A stretch of DNA of 64,000 nt from Chthonomonadales bacterium (GTDB lineage Bacteria > Armatimonadota > Chthonomonadetes > Chthonomonadales > CAJBBX01): NCBI GenBank assembly GCA_049967475.1, contig JBMFSQ010000001.1, forward strand, positions 183,456-247,455, written 5' to 3'. The notes beneath the pieces were generated by a model. It did no database searches. It was not told the DNA's origin and saw nothing but the letters and a program-made list of their open reading frames with translations. The translations under genes and the position numbers were made by a program. Shown piece by piece: positions 46,613 to 54,666 of the stretch (position 1 is the stretch's first letter; each line of letters starts with the position of its first letter).

Positions 46613-46645
46613 GGCAGGTCTCCTGAATGGCGCCGCGACAGGGTG

Positions 46646-48403
46646 CTACTGTGGCAAGATCTTGATGGTGAGAAAGACCATCACTTCGGAGCGCCGGTGG
46701 TCGCGATACTCATTCTTGAACAGGTATCCCAGGATGGGCAGGTCGCCCAGGAACGGTATCTTGGACATCGCCTTGACGTCGTCATCGCGGATGAGCCCGC
46801 CGATAACGATGGTGTCGCCATCCTTCACACGCACGATGGTCTCGGCTTCGCGGGCGCTGGTTTGAGGCAGCCCGTTTGAGATGGCGCTTACGGTACTCAC
46901 CACCGGGTGCACCCTGAGTGTAATGTTGCCGTCGTCATTCACGCGCGGGTGGACCAGCAGGATGATGCCCACGGGCACCTCCACGACGGTGAACTGATTG
47001 CCGGCGGTGGCACTGCTCTGGGCGAGCGTTTGGAAGCGGAGCGTGTCGCCGATGAAGATGGATGCATCTTGGTCGTTCAGTACGGCAATCTGGGGGCTTG
47101 CCAGCAGCTTCGCCTTCTTGTTGGTGATGAGGGCGTTGAGGGTGGCTCCCGGTGTGAATTGCACTCGCCCGAAGGTCCCGAACCCTGCCGGTCCCACAGG
47201 CAAGGGCGAGGAGGGTACCACGTTGGTGCTCAACTGAGGGCGTTCTACAAACAGGAACTGGTTCCATTGCCACTCAACGCCGAGGTTCCGCAGTTCTTCT
47301 GGGGAGGTGTCCACGACCTTCGCCTCAACCATCACTTGGCGAGGCGCTTGATCTTCCGCCTCCAGCAGGTGCAGCGCATCCTGAACGGCTGCCGATGGGC
47401 CCTTGAGGATCAGGGACAGGGCATTCTTGCTGATCTGGCCGTTTTGGCTGTTGGGCTGCCCGGGCAGACCGTTGGTGCCGTTAGGCGTGAGGGTATTGGT
47501 TTGGCTTCCAATCCCGATGCCCCCCACGAACTGCCCGCTGAGGGGCCGAAATTGCGGTACGGCCGGAGCTGCGCTCTCGGGACCCGCGATGACTTGCACG
47601 TCCGGATAGGCTTGCTGCACCATCTGGGCGAGCTGGTCCGCTGCGCTGAACTTGATGCGGTATACCTTCGTGACGAAATCCGCATTCGGTTGGACGTCGA
47701 GCATGGATGCTCCAGCCTTGGCGGCCTCCACGTCGGCGCGGGTTCCCGACACGATGATGGCGTTGCCGGCCGGCTCGACACTTACGCCCGGGACGATCTT
47801 TGCCAAAGCCGGAGCGATCTGGGCGCCGGTGCGGTTCTGCAACGCGATGCGCTCAGACACGCGCCGGCTATCGGGCGTATCGAGGTCATTTTGGTGGAGG
47901 AACTTCTCGGCTGCGTCCACATCATCCGGGGCACCTATGAGAACGACCGCCTTCCCCTGCGGATGGGCGGTGACGTCTGCGAAGGCGTTCTGGGCAAGGT
48001 CGGCTGCAGCCTGGGCCGGAAGATGTTCCAGGCTTACTGAGCGGCTGATGCCGAGGCGCTCCAACGTTTGCCGCATCTCGCTGCGGGGAGCAATGACATA
48101 GGTGCCGTTCACCTTCTTCGCTTGAAGCCCTGCGAGGTTGGTTACAAGGCCCAAAGCCTCATCCACCGTCTTCTTGCGCAGGTGCAACGTCACCTGTCCC
48201 TTGACGCTGGGATTGAGAGCGATGTTGATGCCGCTCTGCGCAGCCAGGGCTCGGATTACGTCTGCGACGTCGGCATTGACGTAATCCAGCGTGATGGTAG
48301 CGGCATTCGGCGGGAGTTTGTTCGCCGTGCCGTCAGCCCCGCGGGCTGCCAAGGGCAGCATCGCTATGGTGAGTGCTCCGCATAAGAGCGTGTAGGTTTT
48401 CAT
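46646..48403 (-). CDS. Secretin (PilQ/GspD family)
   Basis: Signal peptide MKTYTLLCGALTIAMLPLAARGADG at ATG 48403 (GAGGGG upstream). Secretin_N-like repeats. The C-terminal LASPQIAVLNDQDASIFIG...GDTIVIGGLIRDD...IPFLGDLPILGYLFKN is the secretin domain. Confidence 0.9.
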   Translation of the reverse strand: MKTYTLLCGALTIAMLPLAARGADGTANKLPPNAATITLDYVNADVADVIRALAAQSGINIALNPSVKGQVTLHLRKKTVDEALGLVTNLAGLQAKKVNGTYVIAPRSEMRQTLERLGISRSVSLEHLPAQAAADLAQNAFADVTAHPQGKAVVLIGAPDDVDAAEKFLHQNDLDTPDSRRVSERIALQNRTGAQIAPALAKIVPGVSVEPAGNAIIVSGTRADVEAAKAGASMLDVQPNADFVTKVYRIKFSAADQLAQMVQQAYPDVQVIAGPESAAPAVPQFRPLSGQFVGGIGIGSQTNTLTPNGTNGLPGQPNSQNGQISKNALSLILKGPSAAVQDALHLLEAEDQAPRQVMVEAKVVDTSPEELRNLGVEWQWNQFLFVERPQLSTNVVPSSPLPVGPAGFGTFGRVQFTPGATLNALITNKKAKLLASPQIAVLNDQDASIFIGDTLRFQTLAQSSATAGNQFTVVEVPVGIILLVHPRVNDDGNITLRVHPVVSTVSAISNGLPQTSAREAETIVRVKDGDTIVIGGLIRDDDVKAMSKIPFLGDLPILGYLFKNEYRDHRRSEVMVFLTIKILPQ

Positions 48404-48524
48404 TCGTGCCCCTCGATCCGTCGAACGCCGCGTGCCTGCGATGCGTTCGGTTTTTGACTTGTCCGTGTCCTTCTCTCGGCAGCTCATCATGAGGCGAGCC
48501 TTTCTTCCTGGGCAGGCTGGTGTG

Positions 48525-49121
48525 CTAGGGCTTGCCCGGCTGGGCGGGGCCAACCGGCGCGTCCACATAGCGCGTAACCGTTATCGTGGTTTGAAGAGAC
48601 GGATATCCTTTGCTCCCGGGCGTTACCCTGAGGTCCGTCAGCGAGATCAACCGCCGAGACGCTTCGAGGCCTTTGAGGAAGGCGCGCAGGGACGGAAAGG
48701 TGCCTTCAAACGTTATCGGGCTTTTGATGGCCAGCACATCCTGAGGTAGAGCATCCGCCGGCTTGGGAGCCTGGGGTGAGCCGGGCGGTGGGGGTGGCGC
48801 AGGCGGCGGGGGCGCCAGGGAGGCGATGGAAAGAAGCCGGTTCCCTGTGCGGTTGCACAACGTCGCCAGACCTCGCAGAAACTCGGCCTGCTCTTCTTTG
48901 GACATGGGCAGCGTGGCCACGGTGGGATCCGGAGGCAGCTTGCTGATCTCGTCCAGTTGCACCAAGTAGCTTCGCACGTCCGCTTGGGTTGCGCGGATGC
49001 TCTGGTGGAGTTCGCGGAGCTTGTGTTGCCGCGGGAACATCACTACGCAACATACCAGCAGCGATAAGGGCGGCATAAGCAGCACGATGGCGCGCTGAAG
49101 CCACGCAGGAAGAGCATTCAT
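48525..49121 (-). CDS. PilO/GspM-like inner-membrane assembly protein
   Basis: MNALPAWLQRAIVLLMPPLSLLVCCVVMF TM segment, then a coiled region and a small C-terminal domain. AAGGAGG lies 7 nt upstream. ATG is 1 nt after the upstream stop. Confidence 0.5.
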   Translation of the reverse strand: MNALPAWLQRAIVLLMPPLSLLVCCVVMFPRQHKLRELHQSIRATQADVRSYLVQLDEISKLPPDPTVATLPMSKEEQAEFLRGLATLCNRTGNRLLSIASLAPPPPAPPPPPGSPQAPKPADALPQDVLAIKSPITFEGTFPSLRAFLKGLEASRRLISLTDLRVTPGSKGYPSLQTTITVTRYVDAPVGPAQPGKP

Positions 49122-49122
49122 A

Positions 49123-50799
49123 CTAGCTGCCTCCTTGACTACTTGCTTGAGCCTGATTGGCCTGGGGGGCGGCATTGGCCTGCACCACGGGCTGGACGAA
49201 GCTCGTTTGAAGGTCGAAGTGGATGCCGCCTCCGTTGTTAGGGTCTATGCGGGCCAAGTTGTTCATACGCACGGGCTCAAGGCTGGGTGAAAGATTGAGA
49301 GTGTCCATCACATCCGCAACGGCCTTGGGGGTGGGCGCTTCGCCGCTTATGGTGATGACGCCGTTGGCATCCATGCTCAAATTCACCAGGGAGGCTCTGC
49401 GCGACACGGAGGCTGCTACAAAGTCCAGCGCCTCGCGGAGCGGCTTCGAGCGATGATGAATGGCCTCTGTCAGGTTCTTCTGCCGTTCCAGCAGCGCCAC
49501 CTTGGCGGCATGCTCTGCTTTGAGGGCGTTCAGCTCGGTGCGGAGTTGCGTGAGGTTGCGCTGAGAACGCGATATGGCGCCGCCTACGACAATGGCAGCC
49601 AGGATGGTTCCCACCATAATAACGGAGCTTGCGGCGGCGCTCAGCATGATGGCCTTGGGCGCCATGCGCCGTTCCACCACCACGCGGTCGCCGGCAACCA
49701 GGTCCAGGCTTGGAGCGGCGTCGTAGGGACTTCCCATTCCGCGCAGGGCCAGCCCCACGGCCACGGTGTATCGGAAGGCGTCGGCGCCCTTCAAAACGGC
49801 TGCGGCCTCCGGAGCCACATTGAGGGTGTCCAACGCCGAGGCGAGTTCGGCGGCTGTGCGCAGATGCTGCGTAAGAACCTCAAAAAGTTGGGCGGCATCC
49901 GGTGCGTCTATGGCGAACCGAGCCAGCATCGTCTCCCCGGCCGAGGGGAACTCACGGATGTAGTAGTCTATGGACCTTTGCACTTCCGTCATGAGGAGGC
50001 CGATTGCTTGGCGGTTGTACGGTTCGTACTCGGGCGCGGACGACGGAGCCTCCTCGTCGTCGCCTCCGAGGCTCACGAGGAGGCCGCCCCTGGGCTGATT
50101 TCCGGACGACGGAGTGCCTGGGTTCGCCGTACGCAATTCCGGCACGCCGGTGTCTATGCGCCGGTAAAACTGAAGTTGGCCGTGGTGGGTGATGAAGACG
50201 TCGGTGCCTGTGGCCGAAAGCACTACGCTCGCTACCGAACCCTCGTTGCACAGCATAGGGTAGAGAGCGCGCAAGAGAGCTATGGATCCGGGTTCCACCG
50301 CAGCCAGCGGCAGGTTGGCTTCGTCCATAGTAGCCCGGTAACTCGCCACCAGCCGTTCTTCGGCCCCCATGAGCAGGATGCGGAGCACGGGTTCCTCGCC
50401 TGCCGCCTGAGCGTCTTTGTCGCCAACATCGGGGAGCTTGAAGTAATCGAAGGCGCTCTGCCCTGCCGGGAGGATGCGGTAATGGTCCATCTCTCCCCGC
50501 AGTACAGATCGGATCTCGCCGTCGGGGACGGGTGGGATCTCCATCACGCGGGCAACGAGGCTGCAGTTGGTGAGACCCATGACGATCTGGCTCGCCTTGG
50601 GATCCAGTTCTACGCAGAGGCGCCGTACAACACCTGCTACCACATGCGGGTCGAGCAGCCCCTCCTCGTCCACTGCGCCTTCGGGGATCGGCAGAGCGCG
50701 CACACCGGCCAATTGGGGAGCAGGCCCGGATTGCCGCACATAGGCTGCCCGAACCTGGTCGTTGGACACCTCGATGCCGATAACCGCTCGATGTTTCAC
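49123..50799 (-). CDS. PilM-PilN fusion protein (actin-like ATPase domain + TM + PilN-like domain; GspL-like architecture)
   Basis: 558 aa. The N-terminus AVIGIEVSNDQVRAAYV and about 370 aa of PilM-like sequence. Then the TM segment AIMLSAAASSVIMVGTILAAIVVGGAI, a coiled coil LTQLRTELNALKAEHAAKVALLERQ, and a PilN-like tail (VSRRASLVNLSMDANGVITISGEAPT). Confidence 0.7.
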   Translation of the reverse strand: MKHRAVIGIEVSNDQVRAAYVRQSGPAPQLAGVRALPIPEGAVDEEGLLDPHVVAGVVRRLCVELDPKASQIVMGLTNCSLVARVMEIPPVPDGEIRSVLRGEMDHYRILPAGQSAFDYFKLPDVGDKDAQAAGEEPVLRILLMGAEERLVASYRATMDEANLPLAAVEPGSIALLRALYPMLCNEGSVASVVLSATGTDVFITHHGQLQFYRRIDTGVPELRTANPGTPSSGNQPRGGLLVSLGGDDEEAPSSAPEYEPYNRQAIGLLMTEVQRSIDYYIREFPSAGETMLARFAIDAPDAAQLFEVLTQHLRTAAELASALDTLNVAPEAAAVLKGADAFRYTVAVGLALRGMGSPYDAAPSLDLVAGDRVVVERRMAPKAIMLSAAASSVIMVGTILAAIVVGGAISRSQRNLTQLRTELNALKAEHAAKVALLERQKNLTEAIHHRSKPLREALDFVAASVSRRASLVNLSMDANGVITISGEAPTPKAVADVMDTLNLSPSLEPVRMNNLARIDPNNGGGIHFDLQTSFVQPVVQANAAPQANQAQASSQGGS

Positions 50800-50849
50800 G
50801 GCTCTAACTCCCTACTCAAGATGATCACTAGTCATTTCGGCGCGGGACA

Positions 50850-51356
50850 TCATTTCTCGCGAAACCGCACCCGGCTGGAGAGGCGGCGCGTAAATCCGTT
50901 GATATTGACTACCACGACGATATCGGCGGCCCCCACCGAACCTGGAACAGCGGGCGACGTGGACGACACCCAGGCTGATCCGTTCCACGTGTAGTAAGTG
51001 AGCGATAGCGACTGGACCCCGGCTAAGATTTGATTGCCGCCGGCCGGCACGTTGTTCACCGAGGTGCGCAAGGTGCCGTCGGTGGCCACCCAATAACGGA
51101 TGCTGTTGCCCGCATTGTCCGAAAATGTAACGTCGGACGGCGAGGCTGATACGAGCCCAGACGTGCCCCGCAAATGGTCTGCAAAAAGGTCCACAACCTG
51201 GCGCGCGTTGGCGTTGGCAGTGTTCTGGTTGATGAGCATGTATTCCGCGTCATAAGCGCTGCGCACCAGCGTCCAGAGGCCGGCGCCGATGATTACGGAT
51301 ATGAGCCCTGCGACCAGCATCTCGATGAGGGTGAAGCCTGCACGCCGGTTCTTCAT
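50850..51356 (-). CDS. Prepilin-type N-terminal cleavage/methylation domain minor pseudopilin
   Basis: MKNRRAGFTLIEMLVAGLISVIIGAGLW. ATGA overlap with the upstream gene. Confidence 0.8.
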   Translation of the reverse strand: MKNRRAGFTLIEMLVAGLISVIIGAGLWTLVRSAYDAEYMLINQNTANANARQVVDLFADHLRGTSGLVSASPSDVTFSDNAGNSIRYWVATDGTLRTSVNNVPAGGNQILAGVQSLSLTYYTWNGSAWVSSTSPAVPGSVGAADIVVVVNINGFTRRLSSRVRFREK

Positions 51357-51811
51357 ATTCCTGCCCTCACGAGGTACGTGCCCGTTTGATAGAGGATCGT
51401 ATTCGTCCCCGACAGCTTTACCGTAATGTTGACGGTGCGAAGGGCATTATCGGCAGGCACTGCGCCGGGTTGCCCCGCTGTCCCCGATTTGACGGCGTCG
51501 CTCACGACGCTGACCGTAACGGTGTAGCGGTTGGACGGACTCGCCTGCGCCACCGGGGTCTCCGAGCCGTCGTAGTACGTCGTTACCGTTCCTTCCGCCT
51601 GGCCGGCGAAACCGTTCATCTTGACTTGTTCCATTGCGTACCGCCCAAGGTTATAGGCCACGCCAAGGTCGTCCGACGCGGTGGTGATGTTGAACGAAAA
51701 CACCCATGCGTTGATGAGACCCATCAAACCAATGGCAAGCAGGAGTGAAGCGATGAGCAGCTCAACCAGGGTGATCCCCTGCACCGTTTGCTTGTGTCGT
51801 TGCTTCATCAT
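51353..51811 (-). CDS. Prepilin-type N-terminal domain minor pseudopilin
   Basis: MMKQRHKQTVQGITLVELLIASLLLAIGLMGL. GAGGAAG SD upstream of ATG 51811. Confidence 0.75.
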   Translation of the reverse strand: MMKQRHKQTVQGITLVELLIASLLLAIGLMGLINAWVFSFNITTASDDLGVAYNLGRYAMEQVKMNGFAGQAEGTVTTYYDGSETPVAQASPSNRYTVTVSVVSDAVKSGTAGQPGAVPADNALRTVNITVKLSGTNTILYQTGTYLVRAGI

Positions 51812-51923
51812 AATGCTTCCTCGACCTTGGCCTAAGCCCGCGCGGCCAAACGTATCGTTCCATAGATTGCGGGTTGGATCGCCACACTTTTTGTGGGTTC
51901 CAGCACTCTGCGCCTCCAATGGG

Positions 51924-53111
51924 CTACAGGCCGGGCGTTGTTTCGGTCCATGAATTGTCGAAGCCGTAATAGCTGTAACTGGACGGCTGGGCGAGGCCCG
52001 GAATAAAGTTGATGGTGATGTTGCCGTTGATATCCATCTTGTTCGCGATGATTTGCCCGTTCGTGATGGGGTTGCCGCTGTTGGTTACATAACCGTAGGG
52101 ATTTCCGGAGGCATCTTTGTTGTATGCGTAGATGCACGCGTCAATCTCTTGGTTGCCGGCCAGGTTGATGCCGCTGGTAGTGGCGACGTAGATATGCACG
52201 TTGGGCGTTTTGCTCATGGACACTGCAGCGGTGCCGCCTCGGAAGTTGCAAGTACCGCTGCCCCCGTCCGGCCCCACCCAAAGGTTGATCGGGCCATTGG
52301 CATTGTTGAAGTAGATCTGATCATTCCCTTTGAGGTTGATGTTCGTAACGTAGTAGTTTCCGGGACCGAGGGTGATGGAACTGGTGATGCTGTTGTTGAG
52401 GATGCCCGCTGCTGCGTTGTCATTATGAGTGGCCAGCCAGGCCATGCCTCCGTTGGGGAACATTCGGTTTGCTATCTCATCAATAGTGGGCCACGAGAGT
52501 GGGCGGGGATATCGGAACACCGTGTAGCCGCCCGGATCGTTGCCGTCGTACCATCCGGCGTTGGGCCCGTCGAAGAAGACACTGCCGATTACGGTGGGTG
52601 TGCCCGAGAAGTCAAAGTATCCGTTGGTGCCGATGTCGCCGGTGATTGTGATGGCGGATCCGTGGAAGACGCTGGTGCCCATCATGGTGTAGATCGCGAA
52701 GCGGTTGGAGGGATAAAAGCCCTTGCCCGACACCTTGATGGACCGCGTTACTCCCTTGTAGCTGCCGGTTGCCAGCACATAGAGGTAATTGGAGGGATCC
52801 CAAGGCATGGACCCGTCCCGGTTCGTGCACCATACCGTGAATGTGCCCTGGGGAACCGCATACGTTGTAGGAGCCAGATCCGCTTGCGTGGGATCGTTAC
52901 TGATCTTGTGGAATTCATAATTCACACCCGCTTCGGCCAAGTTCAGTGCTGCGGAAAAGCGGGCGTCCATAGTGGCCCGTTCCTGGTGGGCGGTGGTGAG
53001 GAAGCCGATCCCCAGGAGCAGGATGGACACGATGAGGATCATGTAAAGAGCGGTTATGAGGGCAAAGCCTCGAGCTCTTGTTTGCCGGGAGCATTGTGAG
53101 GCGGACATCAT
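51924..53111 (-). CDS. PilX-like large minor pilin with Asn/Gly-rich beta-helix-like C-terminal domain
   Basis: MMSASQCSRQTRARGFALITALYMILIVSILLLGIGFLT is PilX_N-like. The C-terminus is rich in NG/GN repeats (ITGDIGTNGYFDF, INLKGNDQIYFNNANGPINLW, NGQIIANKMDINGNITINF). Confidence 0.65.
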   Translation of the reverse strand: MMSASQCSRQTRARGFALITALYMILIVSILLLGIGFLTTAHQERATMDARFSAALNLAEAGVNYEFHKISNDPTQADLAPTTYAVPQGTFTVWCTNRDGSMPWDPSNYLYVLATGSYKGVTRSIKVSGKGFYPSNRFAIYTMMGTSVFHGSAITITGDIGTNGYFDFSGTPTVIGSVFFDGPNAGWYDGNDPGGYTVFRYPRPLSWPTIDEIANRMFPNGGMAWLATHNDNAAAGILNNSITSSITLGPGNYYVTNINLKGNDQIYFNNANGPINLWVGPDGGSGTCNFRGGTAAVSMSKTPNVHIYVATTSGINLAGNQEIDACIYAYNKDASGNPYGYVTNSGNPITNGQIIANKMDINGNITINFIPGLAQPSSYSYYGFDNSWTETTPGL

Positions 53112-53244
53112 AGGACACCCCGTGTTCCAGGTTGATCGAGCAGCGGCGGGCGGCCCATGGGCAATCCCGGCGATGCTCATCCTGGGTTATTCCACGGAGG
53201 TGGGGCTTGTTGGGGCCGGTGAAGCCACGGGGATGGGGCGAAGG

Positions 53245-54078
53245 TCAACGACGGGCAGGGAAGGATACCATCTGGCCGGCTGGGCCGACCCAAGCGGCGA
53301 CGCCTGGGTACTTGGCGTTGAGAAAACGCACGAACTTCTGGGGGTCTTCCTGGTTGCCAACGAACATGTCGTAATGCGCGGGGACTGCAAGACCCACGTT
53401 CAACTCGCCTGCGATCTCTACGGCCTCTTGGAACGTCATATTGCCGATCGTTCCGCGCAGGAAGCGTTCCGCGTCGCGCCCGTTGATGGGGAGAAAAGCC
53501 GCATCAAGGCGATGCCATTGCCGCAGGGAGGTGAGGAGACCTTCGTAATTGATCGTGTCTCCGGAATGATAGAAAGTCACTCCCCCCGTCTCGACGACGT
53601 ACCCGAGGTAGGGATATCCGAGGACCGGATCCTCGTCGAAGAACTCATGCTTGCTCTTCAAAGCCGTCACCCGAATGGAGCCGATTTCGACTGTGTCCCC
53701 GGCGTTCATGGCGATGAGGCGTTCCTGTGGGACGCCGCCTTCCTCCATCATCCTTTGGGCGAGCGCGCGGGGGCTGACGAAGCGCGTTTGCGGTGAGTGT
53801 GCCACGAAGCTGCGAAGGGTTGCCGGGCTCAGGTGATCGGCGTGTCCGTGGCTTACCGTGACGAGATCCGCAAAGACGGGATCCTCGAGGCGAATGGGAG
53901 GCGGTGTCTGCCGGCGTTCCCATGGGTCGAAGAAGGGATCCAGGTAGATCACGGCGCCCCCGGCTTTGACCACGACACTGAGCTGCCCGAGCCACCAGAA
54001 CACTCCGCTTCCCGCAGGCGGCGCCGCAGTGCGTATCTCATGAAGCAATTCCTCACCACTCTTGGCCACGGTTGCCAT
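53245..54078 (-). CDS. MBL-fold metallo-hydrolase (UlaG-like)
   Basis: GVFWWLGQLSVVVKAGGAVIYLDPFF and VSHGHADH. Start is ATG 54078 with GAGG 7 nt upstream. The 124-codon extension in the ORF track is Arg/Pro-rich and unlike any MBL N-terminus. Confidence 0.8.
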   Translation of the reverse strand: MATVAKSGEELLHEIRTAAPPAGSGVFWWLGQLSVVVKAGGAVIYLDPFFDPWERRQTPPPIRLEDPVFADLVTVSHGHADHLSPATLRSFVAHSPQTRFVSPRALAQRMMEEGGVPQERLIAMNAGDTVEIGSIRVTALKSKHEFFDEDPVLGYPYLGYVVETGGVTFYHSGDTINYEGLLTSLRQWHRLDAAFLPINGRDAERFLRGTIGNMTFQEAVEIAGELNVGLAVPAHYDMFVGNQEDPQKFVRFLNAKYPGVAAWVGPAGQMVSFPARR

Positions 54079-54196
54079 TTGGATCCTCGCAGTATCGTAA
54101 AGTTGGCCCGGCCGGCCCGTTCTACCCCTAACCTTCAACACGGGCGGCAGAACTCCTTCCCGGGCTGCGGCGCGCTTCCGCCGGAGGGGGAGCTTC

Positions 54197-54538
54197 GTGG
54201 ATGGAACAGGGAATACAGGGGCGCGCGACACGACGTGGGCCCGCCCGGAGCGGTCTGGGGAAGCGCTCTTCCTGGCCCAATGGTTGTTACCCGTGCGTGC
54301 GTGCCCCGGCGGCTGCACCGTTCGCATGGGCAGCACGGGCCGGGTGAAGGATCTCGTGAGGGAGCGCACGTGTTCAGAATGTGGGGGAAGATGCCGGGCG
54401 CAGCAGGTGGCCCCCGGTTCCATTGGGGGGTCCCCAGGGAAAGCCCCCAAGTCGTTGAGCGCGCGCCGGCGTTTATCGCACCGATTGTCTCTAGGACCTG
54501 AACCCCTCTTCCCTTCGCGATGCCGGCATTCCCCGTGA
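54197..54538 (+). CDS. Candidate small Cys-rich (zinc-ribbon-like) protein, hypothetical
   Basis: GTG start with GGAGG 9 nt upstream. Hand count over about 51 codons gives roughly 86% GC at position 3 versus about 65% at positions 1 and 2. G at codon position 1 is about 41% on plus versus about 25% for the wobble-sharing minus frame. The sequence contains ACPGGC-x18-CSECGG. It is Arg-rich with a poor C-terminus, so this call is tentative. Confidence 0.35.
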   Translation: MDGTGNTGARDTTWARPERSGEALFLAQWLLPVRACPGGCTVRMGSTGRVKDLVRERTCSECGGRCRAQQVAPGSIGGSPGKAPKSLSARRRLSHRLSLGPEPLFPSRCRHSP

Positions 54539-54565
54539 GGAATGCAACAATTCGCCTGATCCCGC

Positions 54566-54594
54566 TTGACATCCGGGATAAGCCGGCGTATATT
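54566..54594 (+). promoter_or_regulatory. Sigma70-type promoter TTGACA-17-TATATT for the double zinc-ribbon membrane protein
   Basis: cgcTTGACAtccgggataagccggcgTATATTcga. Confidence 0.65.
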
Positions 54595-54666
54595 CGAGTG
54601 AAATGGTCATCCGCTCGCTGCCGCGGCATTTCGGCAGTGCAGGGGTCAGGGAAGGGAGGCAAGCTC

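Noticed and set aside
46907-53099. Long plus-strand ORFs 46907..48040, 49453..50994 and 52053..53099 across the pilus cluster
   Set aside because: They are antisense to the secretin, PilM-PilN and PilX-like genes, whose motifs are clear. Their products are Gly/Arg/His-rich.
54079-54450. 124-codon N-terminal extension of the MBL hydrolase ORF
   Set aside because: The UlaG-like N-terminus (MATVAKSGEELL...WWLGQ) begins at ATG 54078 with a GAGG SD. The extension is Arg/Pro-rich. The periodicity in this interval is better explained by the plus-strand ORF, though that remains unproven (see findings).
54079-54565. Possible tmRNA, RNase P RNA, SRP RNA, or a cobalamin or c-di-GMP riboswitch in the long gap upstream of the MBL/pilus genes
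   Set aside because: I looked on both strands for the hallmark strings: GAGGAAAGUCCGG, the UCCACCA 3' end with a T-arm, GGAAGCAG of SRP, the GCCACUG B12 box together with GGUG..AAUCC, and ACGCAAAGCC of GEMM. None matched convincingly. Only a covariance-model scan can exclude them fully.
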